Of a DNA stretch of 64,000 bases, positions 19,523 to 28,874 are shown piece by piece (the stretch's first letter is position 1; every line of letters starts with the position of its first letter). The notes beneath the pieces were generated by a model, which made no database searches, was not told the DNA's origin, and saw only the letters and a list, made by a program, of their open reading frames with translations. The position numbers and the translations under genes were made by a program. The DNA is taken from assembly GCA_040403495.1 (NCBI GenBank), contig JBBAKM010000014.1, positions 614 to 64,613 of the forward strand, read 5' to 3'. The DNA is from Bacteroidia bacterium (lineage in GTDB: Bacteria > Bacteroidota > Bacteroidia > NS11-12g > UBA955).

Positions 19523-20392
19523 TTAACGAATTGTAATTTCTTCTGAACTTACTTTTCCAACCATGCTAAAAAAGCCTAACACTTTCTGATTGGGATTGTT
19601 AATGCAGATGATATTAGTTGGCACATTGGTTGGCGGAACAGCAAATAAACCCACGTTTTGTAATTGAACCTGAATAAGGTTAAGGTAAATATACATTTCA
19701 GGATTGATGCTTAAGATTTCAATTCGAGCAGTTTCACCGGCTTTGTATGGACGGCTTGAAAAATTTTGGCGGATAGGGATAATAAATAAGTCGCCATCTC
19801 CACTTCCTCCTTGGGTGGTTGAATTGTCAACTGCAATTCTAATATCAGAAGCCCTTGATTGAAGGGAGTCATTGCGGTACAATTTAAACCAATAAAAGTC
19901 GCCTACACCAATTTTATCTTTTGCCCACAGTGTAATATAGTTGCCTTCATTGCCTCCAAAAGGGCCATTTTTTTCGTACTTTACAGTCAGTGAATCTATA
20001 GTAGTTGGTGAATTTAATTGGCTTTGAGATACAAAAGTATTGCCTTTGTCACGGATAAGAAGTTGGTAGGTTTGTCCGTATTTAAAAGTGTTGGCAGCTG
20101 GTGGAACAAAAAAGTATTTACCATTGTTTTGTGAAGTAAATTGGTAAAAAGTGGTGTCATTCGCATCAAATATTCCTATGGTATCCAATTCGTAAGAACT
20201 CGCATTGTTATTGTCTAAATAGGCGCTCGATTTACTCACGTATATCCATTGTGTGTCTGCGGTTTGGTCAATTACGGCATCTATTACGACTTGAGAAACA
20301 GGTGCACCCAAGTCTAGTTCAATAGGGTCTTCGCAAGCGCTTATAAGGAATGTAATTGCTGTAAGTAAAAGATATAATGTGTTTTTTGTCAT
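19523..20392 (-). CDS. DUF4249-like lipoprotein
   Basis: Lipobox ISAC-EDPIELDL, C-terminal PTNI...VLGFF; follows a TonB receptor, the usual pairing. Confidence 0.8.
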   Translation of the reverse strand: MTKNTLYLLLTAITFLISACEDPIELDLGAPVSQVVIDAVIDQTADTQWIYVSKSSAYLDNNNASSYELDTIGIFDANDTTFYQFTSQNNGKYFFVPPAANTFKYGQTYQLLIRDKGNTFVSQSQLNSPTTIDSLTVKYEKNGPFGGNEGNYITLWAKDKIGVGDFYWFKLYRNDSLQSRASDIRIAVDNSTTQGGSGDGDLFIIPIRQNFSSRPYKAGETARIEILSINPEMYIYLNLIQVQLQNVGLFAVPPTNVPTNIICINNPNQKVLGFFSMVGKVSSEEITIR

Positions 20393-20396
20393 TGTA

Positions 20397-22769
20397 TTAA
20401 AATTTAAAGTTCCAAGATACTGAAGGGATGAAGTTGCCAATGATTGAATAACGAATCAATTGTGTTTGATTGTTTGCGTCAGGATTAGGTTGTGAAAAAT
20501 AGGAGAAAGGATTTCTACGGTTGTAAACGTTATAAACGCCAAACACCCAATTGCTTTCCCATTTGTTTGTTTTTTTGTGAACATAAGTCGCAGAAATGTC
20601 TAAACGGTGAAAAGGTTTAATGTAAACGCTGTTTCTTAGTCCGTCTGCGTTGTGAGGAATGCCCGTAATGCCTTGGAATGAGAATTTAGTATTTGGTAAA
20701 TTTGTTGGAGTACCTGTTCCAAAAACAAAACTTGCAGAAGCGCTCCATTTGTTGTTAAACTCGTAAGAACCTGTAACGTTTGCATTGTGTCTTCTGTCGA
20801 ACCTGTTAGGATACCATTGGTCCAAACTAATGCCTTCAACTAGGCGTTCGGATTTTGATAAAGTATAACTTACCCATCCTGTTAATTTACCTACATTTTT
20901 CTTAAAGTATAACTCCAAGCCATAAGCCCTTCCTTTACCGTTTAATAAATCAGCTTCTAATTGATTGTTTAACAATAGTTCTGCACCATCGATATAATCT
21001 ATTTGGTTTTGAAGCTCTTTGTAGAAAACTTCAGCTGATAATTCATAATCAATGTTTTTACCAATGTTCTTAAAATAACCTACTGCAATTTGGTCTGCAA
21101 TCTGAGGTTTTACGTTGTTGGTAGATGGTGTCCATACATCCAGAGGAACACTTGCTGCTGTATTGGAAATTAAGTGTAAAAATTGTGACAAGCGGTTGTA
21201 ACTCAATTTAACTGAACTCAGTTTGTTCAATTTGTAATTAGCCGAAAATCTTGGTTCAGGGATGTTATAAGATTGAATAATTTCGTTTTTCCCAAATTCT
21301 TTTCTTTCAATTACATTGGCACGTTGAGAAGGGTTTGATCTGTCTAGTATTAAAGCAGTGCCATTGCCAAGGTAGTTGAAATTTGAAAAGCGAATGCCAT
21401 AACGAACTGTAAGGGATGGACTGAATTTTTGTTCGTTCTCAATGTAAAACCCATTTTCTAATGCGAATTTATTGGGAAGTCCAAATTGTATCGTTGAACC
21501 TTGGTCCTTGGATACCGCATCTCCAGGTTTGAAAATATAATAAGTGCTTATTAATCCGAATTGAATTACAGATTTTGGTGAGTGGTAATAAGTAAAGTCA
21601 GTTTTACCGCTGTAGTTGATAATGTTTGATTTCCAATTGAAAGTATTGTTGCCTGTTCCAAAGCCTAATTGATAGTCGTATTTACTGTAATAAAAAGTAA
21701 AGTTACTAAATAGTTTTCTTGAAAACAGATGGTTCCAACGGAAAGTAGCCGTAGTGTTTCCCCAATCGAACTTTGCGCCGGGAACACCAAAGGCATCTCT
21801 ACCAATATACGTTGAGAAAAATATTTTGTTATTGTCGTTTATGGTATGGTTGATTTTGCCAGTAAAGTCATAGAAATAAAAAACAGCATCTTTTAAATTT
21901 TCGTTGTTGCGTAAAAAAGGTTTTGCAAGAACGTCTATATAACTTCTTCTGCCAGCCACAATAAATGATGTTTTGTTTTTGCGTTTTTCATTGTTTTTGA
22001 ACAAAGGGCCTTCAAGAGACAATCGACTAAATATTAATCCAACACCACCATTTACTGCAAATTTTTTGTTGTTGCCTTCTTTCATTCTAACGTCAAGTGT
22101 AGAAGAAGCTCTACCACCATATTGAGCAGGCATACCACCTTTGATTAACTTTACATCTTTTACAGCATCAGGGTTAAAAACAGAGAAAAATCCAAACAAG
22201 TGAGAGCTGTTAAAAACAGGTGCTTCGTCAAGTAGAATCAAGTTTTGGTCAATAGCACCACCCCTTACGTTGAAACCAGTTGCTCCTTCACCAACGGTAC
22301 TCACTCCGGGTAAAAGTTGTACTGATTTTACAATGTCAACTTCTCCCAATAGTGCAGGAATTTTTTTGATTTGAGTAATATTTAAATTGTTAGTACTCAT
22401 CTCAATTTTATCAACTTGATTGTCTTTTCTTTTTTTGCTTAATGTTACTCCTGTTATTTCAGTTTCACTTCTAGAAAGTTCAATATTTCGAGTTTCGTTT
22501 TTCTTAATGTCAATGGTTAATTCATAAGTATTGTACCCCAAAAAACTAAAATAGATGGTGTTAATTCCGGGGTTTAAACTGATGGTGTAGAAGCCGTAGT
22601 TGTTTGATTGGGTGCCGTTTTTCTTGTCTTCTGTGTAAATATTACAATTTGCTAAAACTTCACCATTGGCAGTGTCTTTGACATAACCACTAAGTGAATA
22701 TTTGGTTTGTGAAAAAACAGTATTAGAAATAAAAAGGACGAAACAGGTAAAAATAAGTCGGAGTTTCAT
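20397..22769 (-). CDS. TonB-dependent receptor with carboxypeptidase-regulatory-like N-domain
   Basis: SGYVKD..GEVL, plug LLPGVS..FNVRGG..DQN, YNVYNRRNP, terminal WNFKF. Confidence 0.92.
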   Translation of the reverse strand: MKLRLIFTCFVLFISNTVFSQTKYSLSGYVKDTANGEVLANCNIYTEDKKNGTQSNNYGFYTISLNPGINTIYFSFLGYNTYELTIDIKKNETRNIELSRSETEITGVTLSKKRKDNQVDKIEMSTNNLNITQIKKIPALLGEVDIVKSVQLLPGVSTVGEGATGFNVRGGAIDQNLILLDEAPVFNSSHLFGFFSVFNPDAVKDVKLIKGGMPAQYGGRASSTLDVRMKEGNNKKFAVNGGVGLIFSRLSLEGPLFKNNEKRKNKTSFIVAGRRSYIDVLAKPFLRNNENLKDAVFYFYDFTGKINHTINDNNKIFFSTYIGRDAFGVPGAKFDWGNTTATFRWNHLFSRKLFSNFTFYYSKYDYQLGFGTGNNTFNWKSNIINYSGKTDFTYYHSPKSVIQFGLISTYYIFKPGDAVSKDQGSTIQFGLPNKFALENGFYIENEQKFSPSLTVRYGIRFSNFNYLGNGTALILDRSNPSQRANVIERKEFGKNEIIQSYNIPEPRFSANYKLNKLSSVKLSYNRLSQFLHLISNTAASVPLDVWTPSTNNVKPQIADQIAVGYFKNIGKNIDYELSAEVFYKELQNQIDYIDGAELLLNNQLEADLLNGKGRAYGLELYFKKNVGKLTGWVSYTLSKSERLVEGISLDQWYPNRFDRRHNANVTGSYEFNNKWSASASFVFGTGTPTNLPNTKFSFQGITGIPHNADGLRNSVYIKPFHRLDISATYVHKKTNKWESNWVFGVYNVYNRRNPFSYFSQPNPDANNQTQLIRYSIIGNFIPSVSWNFKF

Positions 22770-22912
22770 ATGGATGTGCAAATAACACTTAAAAATCAAA
22801 AAGGTTTGATTACGAACAGATTAATTAAACAAAAAAGACGACAAATCGTGTTTTATTGATTTTTTAATTATACGATTCTCGCGTTTATTTTTTAATATCT
22901 TTGCAATCTCAA

Positions 22913-24451
22913 ATGAATCAGGAAGAATTATTTAAAAATGTGATATCACACTCTAAGGAGTACGGTTTTATTTTTCAGTCAAGCGAAATTTACGACGGAC
23001 TAAGTGCCGTGTATGATTACGGTCAATTAGGCGTTGAATTAAAAAAGAATTTAAGGGATTTTTGGTGGAAAAGTATGGTTCAAATGCATGCCAATATTGT
23101 GGGTATTGATGCCGCTATTTTTATGCACCCCACTACATGGAAAGCGAGTGGACACGTTGATGCTTTCAATGACCCATTAATTGACAATAAAGACAGTAAA
23201 AAGAGATACAGAGCGGATGTGTTAATTGAAGATTATATAGCCAAAGTTAATGCAAAAGCTGACAAAGAAGTGGAGAAAGCTAAAGCTAAGTTTGGAGAAT
23301 CTTTTGATGAGGTTTTATACAGACAAACCAATGCTAGAGTTTTGGAATCAAGCAACAAGGCTGCTCAAATTGAGGCAAGATTCAAAGAGGCCTTGGAACA
23401 AAATAATTTAGAAGAAGTAAGGCAAATAATTATTGATTGTGAAATAGCATGCCCAATTTCAGGGACAAAAAATTGGACTGAAGTAAGGCAGTTTAACCTA
23501 ATGTTTTCTACTCAAATAGGGTCTTTGTCTGAAGATTCAAATACCATTTATTTAAGACCTGAAACAGCGCAAGGGATTTTTGTTAATTATTTGAATGTTC
23601 AAAAAACAGGTAGAATGAAAATTCCTTTTGGTATAGCACAAACAGGAAAAGCTTTCAGAAATGAAATTGTAGCAAGGCAGTTTATTTTCAGAATGAGAGA
23701 GTTTGAACAAATGGAAATGCAGTTTTTTGTTCGCCCGGGTACGGAAATGGAGTGGTATAATTATTGGAAAAACACCCGAATGAAATGGCATCAGGCTTTG
23801 GGTTTGGGTGAAAATAAACACAAGTTTCACGACCACCTTAAATTGGCACACTATGCCAATGCCGCTTGTGATATTGAATTTGAGTTCCCTTTTGGATTCA
23901 AAGAACTTGAAGGAATTCACAGTCGTACCGATTTTGACTTGAAAAAACATGAATCATTTTCAGGTAAAAAATTGCAGTATTTCGATCCCGAATTAAATGA
24001 AAGTTATGTGCCTTATGTTGTTGAAACTTCAATAGGGTTAGACCGTTTGTTTTTGGCAGTAATGTCTCAGGCTTACAAGGAAGAAAAACTAGAAGATGGT
24101 ACGTCAAGGGTTGTTTTGTCTATCCCTTACGCACTCGCACCTATTAAAGCCGCGATTTTACCATTGGTTAATAAGGACGGTTTGCCCGAAAAAGCAGACG
24201 AAATTGTTAATTTATTGAAATACGATTTTAATGTTGCTACAGAAGCTAAAGATGCTATTGGAAAAAGATACAGAAGAAACGATGCCATTGGAACCCCTTT
24301 TTGTATAACCGTAGATTATGATACCATGGAAAACAATACGGTTACCATTCGTAATAGAGATACAATGACACAGGAACGTGTGGCAATCAGCGATTTATGG
24401 GCAATATTAAACAGAGATGTTAGTGTTTCAAACTTGTTAAAGAAGTGCTAA
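22913..24451 (+). CDS. glyQS: Glycine--tRNA ligase (alpha2 type)
   Basis: YDYGQLG, WKASGHVDAF, YLRPETAQGIF, FRNEI, REFEQME, IGKRYRRND. Confidence 0.97.
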   Translation: MNQEELFKNVISHSKEYGFIFQSSEIYDGLSAVYDYGQLGVELKKNLRDFWWKSMVQMHANIVGIDAAIFMHPTTWKASGHVDAFNDPLIDNKDSKKRYRADVLIEDYIAKVNAKADKEVEKAKAKFGESFDEVLYRQTNARVLESSNKAAQIEARFKEALEQNNLEEVRQIIIDCEIACPISGTKNWTEVRQFNLMFSTQIGSLSEDSNTIYLRPETAQGIFVNYLNVQKTGRMKIPFGIAQTGKAFRNEIVARQFIFRMREFEQMEMQFFVRPGTEMEWYNYWKNTRMKWHQALGLGENKHKFHDHLKLAHYANAACDIEFEFPFGFKELEGIHSRTDFDLKKHESFSGKKLQYFDPELNESYVPYVVETSIGLDRLFLAVMSQAYKEEKLEDGTSRVVLSIPYALAPIKAAILPLVNKDGLPEKADEIVNLLKYDFNVATEAKDAIGKRYRRNDAIGTPFCITVDYDTMENNTVTIRNRDTMTQERVAISDLWAILNRDVSVSNLLKKC

Positions 24452-24529
24452 AGGTTTAAATTGTAAGACCTTTTTTACAAAACACTTGAAAAGTTTTAAA
24501 TAAGTTCTAACTTTGAGCCTTTAAATAAT

Positions 24530-25624
24530 ATGGACAATAATCAAGCTTTACAGTCGGTTGAACTAAATGATTTACACATTTCCTTAGGGGGTAAAATGGT
24601 GCCTTTTGCAGGTTTTAACATGCCTGTACAATACAGCAATTTAATACAAGAACACCATGCTGTAAGAAACAGTGTTGGCGTTTTTGATGTTTCCCACATG
24701 GGTGAATTTGTTCTAAAAGGCGACAAAGCGTTAGATTTAATCCAATTGGTGACCAGCAATGATGCATCAAAATTAACGGATGGTAAGGTTCAATACAGCT
24801 GTTTGCCTAACAACACCGGTGGAATTGTTGATGATTTATTGGTTTACAGATACAGTGAAACAGAATACTATTTGGTCGTAAATGCCTCAAATATCAAAAA
24901 AGATTGGGATTGGATTTCATCTCACAATACGTTTGGTGTGCAAATGGAAGACATCAGTAATCAATTGAGTTTGTTAGCCGTTCAAGGACCTAATGCAATT
25001 AAAGTATTACAAAAGTTGACAGAGGTTGACCTTTCTTCTATGCCTTATTATTCATTCAAAACAGGAAGTATGGCCGGTATAGACGATATTATTATTTCAA
25101 ATACAGGCTACACTGGTGCAGGTGGTTTCGAATTATACGTTTGGAACAAAGATGCAAAAGCACTTTGGGATGCTGTTTTTGAAGCAGGAAAAGAATTTGA
25201 TATTCTTCCTTGTGGTTTAGGTTGCAGAGACACATTAAGACTTGAAAAAGGATTTTGTTTATATGGCAACGATATAGACGATACTACATCGCCAATTGAA
25301 GCTGGTTTGGGTTGGATTACTAAGTTTACTAAAGATTTTGTAAACAGTGCCTACCACAAATCTTTAAAAGACAATGGTGTTAGCAAGAAATTAGTTGGTT
25401 TTGAAATGATAGACAGAGGAATTCCTCGTCAGCATTATGTAATCAAAGATGCAGAAGGAAATGTAATAGGCGAAGTAACCTCAGGTACTCAATCTCCAAG
25501 TTTGGGTAAAGCTATCGGAATGGGTTATGTTGCTATTTCTCATGCAAACGCTGATACCGAAATTTTTATAGAAATCAGAGATAAAAGCCTGAAAGCTAAA
25601 GTGGCAAAAATTCCTTTTTTATAG
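24530..25624 (+). CDS. gcvT: Glycine cleavage system aminomethyltransferase T
   Basis: [29 protein letters not shown]. Confidence 0.97.
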   Translation: MDNNQALQSVELNDLHISLGGKMVPFAGFNMPVQYSNLIQEHHAVRNSVGVFDVSHMGEFVLKGDKALDLIQLVTSNDASKLTDGKVQYSCLPNNTGGIVDDLLVYRYSETEYYLVVNASNIKKDWDWISSHNTFGVQMEDISNQLSLLAVQGPNAIKVLQKLTEVDLSSMPYYSFKTGSMAGIDDIIISNTGYTGAGGFELYVWNKDAKALWDAVFEAGKEFDILPCGLGCRDTLRLEKGFCLYGNDIDDTTSPIEAGLGWITKFTKDFVNSAYHKSLKDNGVSKKLVGFEMIDRGIPRQHYVIKDAEGNVIGEVTSGTQSPSLGKAIGMGYVAISHANADTEIFIEIRDKSLKAKVAKIPFL

Positions 25625-25708
25625 GAAAGTCCCACCTACATTTTTCAATTTACTTTTCAAGAAACAGGCCCATGACAAACTTTATTGACATTGGGTTGTT
25701 AAAAGAAT

Positions 25709-25882
25709 ATGTTTAAAAATCTTTTCAAAAAGAAATCTGAATTAGAAGTGCTAATGGAAAAATACCAAGCATTACTCAAAGAATCTCACCGTTTGTCATT
25801 GATAAACAGAACCCAATCAGATGCTGTAAGGGTGGAAGCTGAAAAGATTGCCGACCAAATAGAGGTTTTAAGACAGAAGTAA
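25709..25882 (+). CDS. Small Lacal_2735-family-like protein (57 aa)
   Basis: Below the ORF-track cutoff: MFKNLFKKKSELEVLMEKYQALLKESHRLSLINRTQSDAVRVEAEKIADQIEVLRQK. Confidence 0.75.
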   Translation: MFKNLFKKKSELEVLMEKYQALLKESHRLSLINRTQSDAVRVEAEKIADQIEVLRQK

Positions 25883-25901
25883 AGCCCTTAATTTGTTCGA
25901 T

Positions 25902-25917
25902 TGTGATTTTTATCACA
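25902..25917. promoter_or_regulatory. CRP/FNR-type palindrome upstream of korAB
   Basis: TGTGA-TTTTTA-TCACA, with inner TGAT-N4-ATCA. Confidence 0.6.
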
Positions 25918-25964
25918 TAGAATAATCGTTTATTTTACTAATTTTGAACTCTTAATTTTATTTT

Positions 25965-27803
25965 GTGCAATCCAATCATTCATACAAGAATATCGTTGTA
26001 AAGTTTGCAGGAGATAGTGGAGATGGTGTTCAGTTGACTGGTACTCAGTTTGCCGAAACCAATGCATTGTTTGGAAACGATATTGCTACTTTTCCCGATT
26101 TCCCCGCAGAAATTAGAGCGCCAATAGGTACCTTGCCAGGTGTTTCTGGTTATCAAATTCATTTCAGTAGTGAGTCGGTATTAACCCCCGGCGATTCATA
26201 CGACGTGTTAGTAGCGCTCAATGCGGCTGCTCTGAAAGTTAATATCAAATTGCTAAAACCAAATGGAATAATCATCGTCAATAAAGATGGTTTCGATTCT
26301 CGTAATCTACGTTTGGCAGGTATTTCGGAAAACGACCATCCTCTTACCAATGGTAGTTTGGATAATTTTACGGTTTACGAAGCCGATATTACCCAACTAA
26401 CCAAAAAGGCAGTTTCTGAATTTAACTTAGGAAATAAGGAGTCAGAAAGATGTAAGAATATGTTTGTGTTGGGAATGGTGTATTGGTTGTTTGATAGAGA
26501 GATTCAAAATACCATTCAGTTTATTGAAAAAAGATTTTCTAAGAATGTAGATTTGATGAACGCGAATATTAAAGCGCTTCAAGCAGGTTATTTTTTCAGT
26601 GAAACATCAGAATTATTCAGTAGTCAATACCATATTGAAGCCGCCGAAACTCCGGCAGGACTTTACAGAAGTATTAATGGAAACCAAGCCACAGCGCTAG
26701 GGTTGCTTGCGGCTTCCGTAAAATCAAACATTCCTTTGTTTTTAGGTTCTTATCCTATAACACCGGCATCGGATATTTTGCACGAATTGTCTAAGCACAA
26801 GGGGTATGATGTAATGACCTTTCAAGCGGAGGATGAAATAGCAGGTGTATGTGCTGCAATAGGCGCTTCGTATGCAGGTCATATTGGTATTACCACCAGT
26901 TCAGGTCCCGGAATTGCACTCAAAACAGAAGCCATCGGATTGGCAACAATGCTTGAACTTCCATTGGTTATTTGCAATATCCAAAGAGGAGGTCCCTCAA
27001 CTGGTTTGCCGACTAAAACAGAGCAATCTGATTTACTTCAGGCGTTGTATGGCAGAAACGGAGAATGTCCTTTAGTAGTAATTGCCGCTTCATCACCTTC
27101 CGATTGTTATGAAATGGCCTATATGGCAGTTAAGATTTCATTGGAACACACAGTGCCTGTTATGTTTTTGAGCGACGGTTACATTGCCAATGGCGCACAA
27201 CCTTGGAAAATAAAACAATTGGATGAATTGCCCGAAATTCAGTCGCACTTTATTACGCAAGTAAAAGAGGATGAGGTATACAGACCCTATCAAAGAGAAG
27301 AGAATCTGTCTCGTTTTCACGCTATCCCGGGTTCTGAAGGTATGACCCACAGAATAGGCGGCTTGGAAAAAGAAAATATTACAGGGAATATCAGTTATGA
27401 AGGGGCTAACCATGAATTAATGGTGAAAATTAGGGCACAGAAAGTGGCCAATGTAGCGCACCAAATTCCTTTGATAGAATTTGACCAAGGAGATGAAAAC
27501 TCAGATTGTTTGGTTATCGGTTGGGGCAGTACTTATGGAAGTATTTTTACAGCTGTTACTGAGTTAAAGGCAGAAGGTTTGAATGTGGCTCAATTGCATT
27601 TAAAATACATCAATCCTCTTCCGTTAAATTTTCACGAAAAACTTAAACCATTCAAACGTGTGTTTGTGGCTGAGTTAAACAACGGTCAATTGATAAAATT
27701 AATACGAGAACAATTTTTGATAGATGCTATAGGTATCAATAAAATTCAAGGTCAACCATTCAGTTTGCTTGAAATTAAAGAAACCATCAAACAACATATT
27801 TAA
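25965..27803 (+). CDS. korA: 2-oxoacid:ferredoxin oxidoreductase alpha subunit
   Basis: FAGDSGDG, YPITPASDI, QAEDEIAG, TSSGPG, QRGGPSTGLPTK. Confidence 0.93.
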   Translation: MQSNHSYKNIVVKFAGDSGDGVQLTGTQFAETNALFGNDIATFPDFPAEIRAPIGTLPGVSGYQIHFSSESVLTPGDSYDVLVALNAAALKVNIKLLKPNGIIIVNKDGFDSRNLRLAGISENDHPLTNGSLDNFTVYEADITQLTKKAVSEFNLGNKESERCKNMFVLGMVYWLFDREIQNTIQFIEKRFSKNVDLMNANIKALQAGYFFSETSELFSSQYHIEAAETPAGLYRSINGNQATALGLLAASVKSNIPLFLGSYPITPASDILHELSKHKGYDVMTFQAEDEIAGVCAAIGASYAGHIGITTSSGPGIALKTEAIGLATMLELPLVICNIQRGGPSTGLPTKTEQSDLLQALYGRNGECPLVVIAASSPSDCYEMAYMAVKISLEHTVPVMFLSDGYIANGAQPWKIKQLDELPEIQSHFITQVKEDEVYRPYQREENLSRFHAIPGSEGMTHRIGGLEKENITGNISYEGANHELMVKIRAQKVANVAHQIPLIEFDQGDENSDCLVIGWGSTYGSIFTAVTELKAEGLNVAQLHLKYINPLPLNFHEKLKPFKRVFVAELNNGQLIKLIREQFLIDAIGINKIQGQPFSLLEIKETIKQHI

Positions 27804-27807
27804 CAAA

Positions 27808-28827
27808 ATGGAATTAACAGAAATCCAATCCCCTTTTTTTACATCAAAGGATTTAGAGACCGACCAAGAAGTGAGATGGTGTCCCGGTTGTGGTGATTAT
27901 GCCATTTTGAAAAGCGTTCAAAATGTATTGCCTGAACTTGGGGTTCCTAAGCATCAGTTTGTTTTTATATCTGGTATAGGTTGTTCATCACGTTTCCCTT
28001 ATTACATGGATACTTATGGCATGCATTCCATTCACGGAAGGGCTGCTGCTATTGCTACAGGTGTTAAGTTAGCTAATCCCGAACTTAGTGTTTGGATGAT
28101 AACAGGCGATGGTGATAGTTTGAGCATAGGTGGAAATCATTTGATACACACACTCAGAAGAAATCCAGACATCAATATTTTATTGTTTAACAATGAAATC
28201 TATGGGTTAACCAAAGGTCAGTTTTCCCCAACTAGTCACGTTGGGCAAATTACCAAATCATCTCCAATGGGAGTTGCCGACAGTCCATTTAATCCTTTGG
28301 CTTTAGCTTTAGGAGCTGGCTCTACTTTTGTGGCCCGAACGATGGACAGGGACTTAAAACATCAGCAATTGATGTATAAAAGAGCTTATTTTCACAAAGG
28401 GACTTCATTGGTGGAAATTTACCAGAATTGCAATGTGTTTAATGATGGTGCTTTTGATGTTTTTACAGCCAAAGGAAGCAAGCCTGAAACGACCTTGTTT
28501 TTGACACATGGGCAGCCGCTTGTGTTTGCAGAAGGAACTAAGGGTATAATGTTACAGGGGCTCACTCCCGTAATTGTTGAGTTAGATAAAGTTGATAAAG
28601 ATGATTTGTGGATACACGATGAACAAGATTTAACCAAAGCGCATTTGCTTTCACAGTTTTTTGAAAAAGAGCATTTCCCACGTCCTTTTGGCGTAATTTA
28701 TGCCATAGAAAATAAACCTGTTTTTAATGAAGTTATGAAGCAGCAAATTGTTGACAGCAAAATAGAAAATAAGGAATTGGCATTCAGTAAATTACTCAAA
28801 TCTTCGAGCAGTTGGGAAATTAAGTAG
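27808..28827 (+). CDS. korB: 2-oxoacid:ferredoxin oxidoreductase beta subunit
   Basis: WCPGCGD, SGIGCSSR, TPP motif GDGD...NNEIYGLTKGQ. Confidence 0.93.
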   Translation: MELTEIQSPFFTSKDLETDQEVRWCPGCGDYAILKSVQNVLPELGVPKHQFVFISGIGCSSRFPYYMDTYGMHSIHGRAAAIATGVKLANPELSVWMITGDGDSLSIGGNHLIHTLRRNPDINILLFNNEIYGLTKGQFSPTSHVGQITKSSPMGVADSPFNPLALALGAGSTFVARTMDRDLKHQQLMYKRAYFHKGTSLVEIYQNCNVFNDGAFDVFTAKGSKPETTLFLTHGQPLVFAEGTKGIMLQGLTPVIVELDKVDKDDLWIHDEQDLTKAHLLSQFFEKEHFPRPFGVIYAIENKPVFNEVMKQQIVDSKIENKELAFSKLLKSSSSWEIK

Positions 28828-28874
28828 AGTTTAATTTTTAATTTTTTATTATGTTTGAAGATTAATTTAATAAC

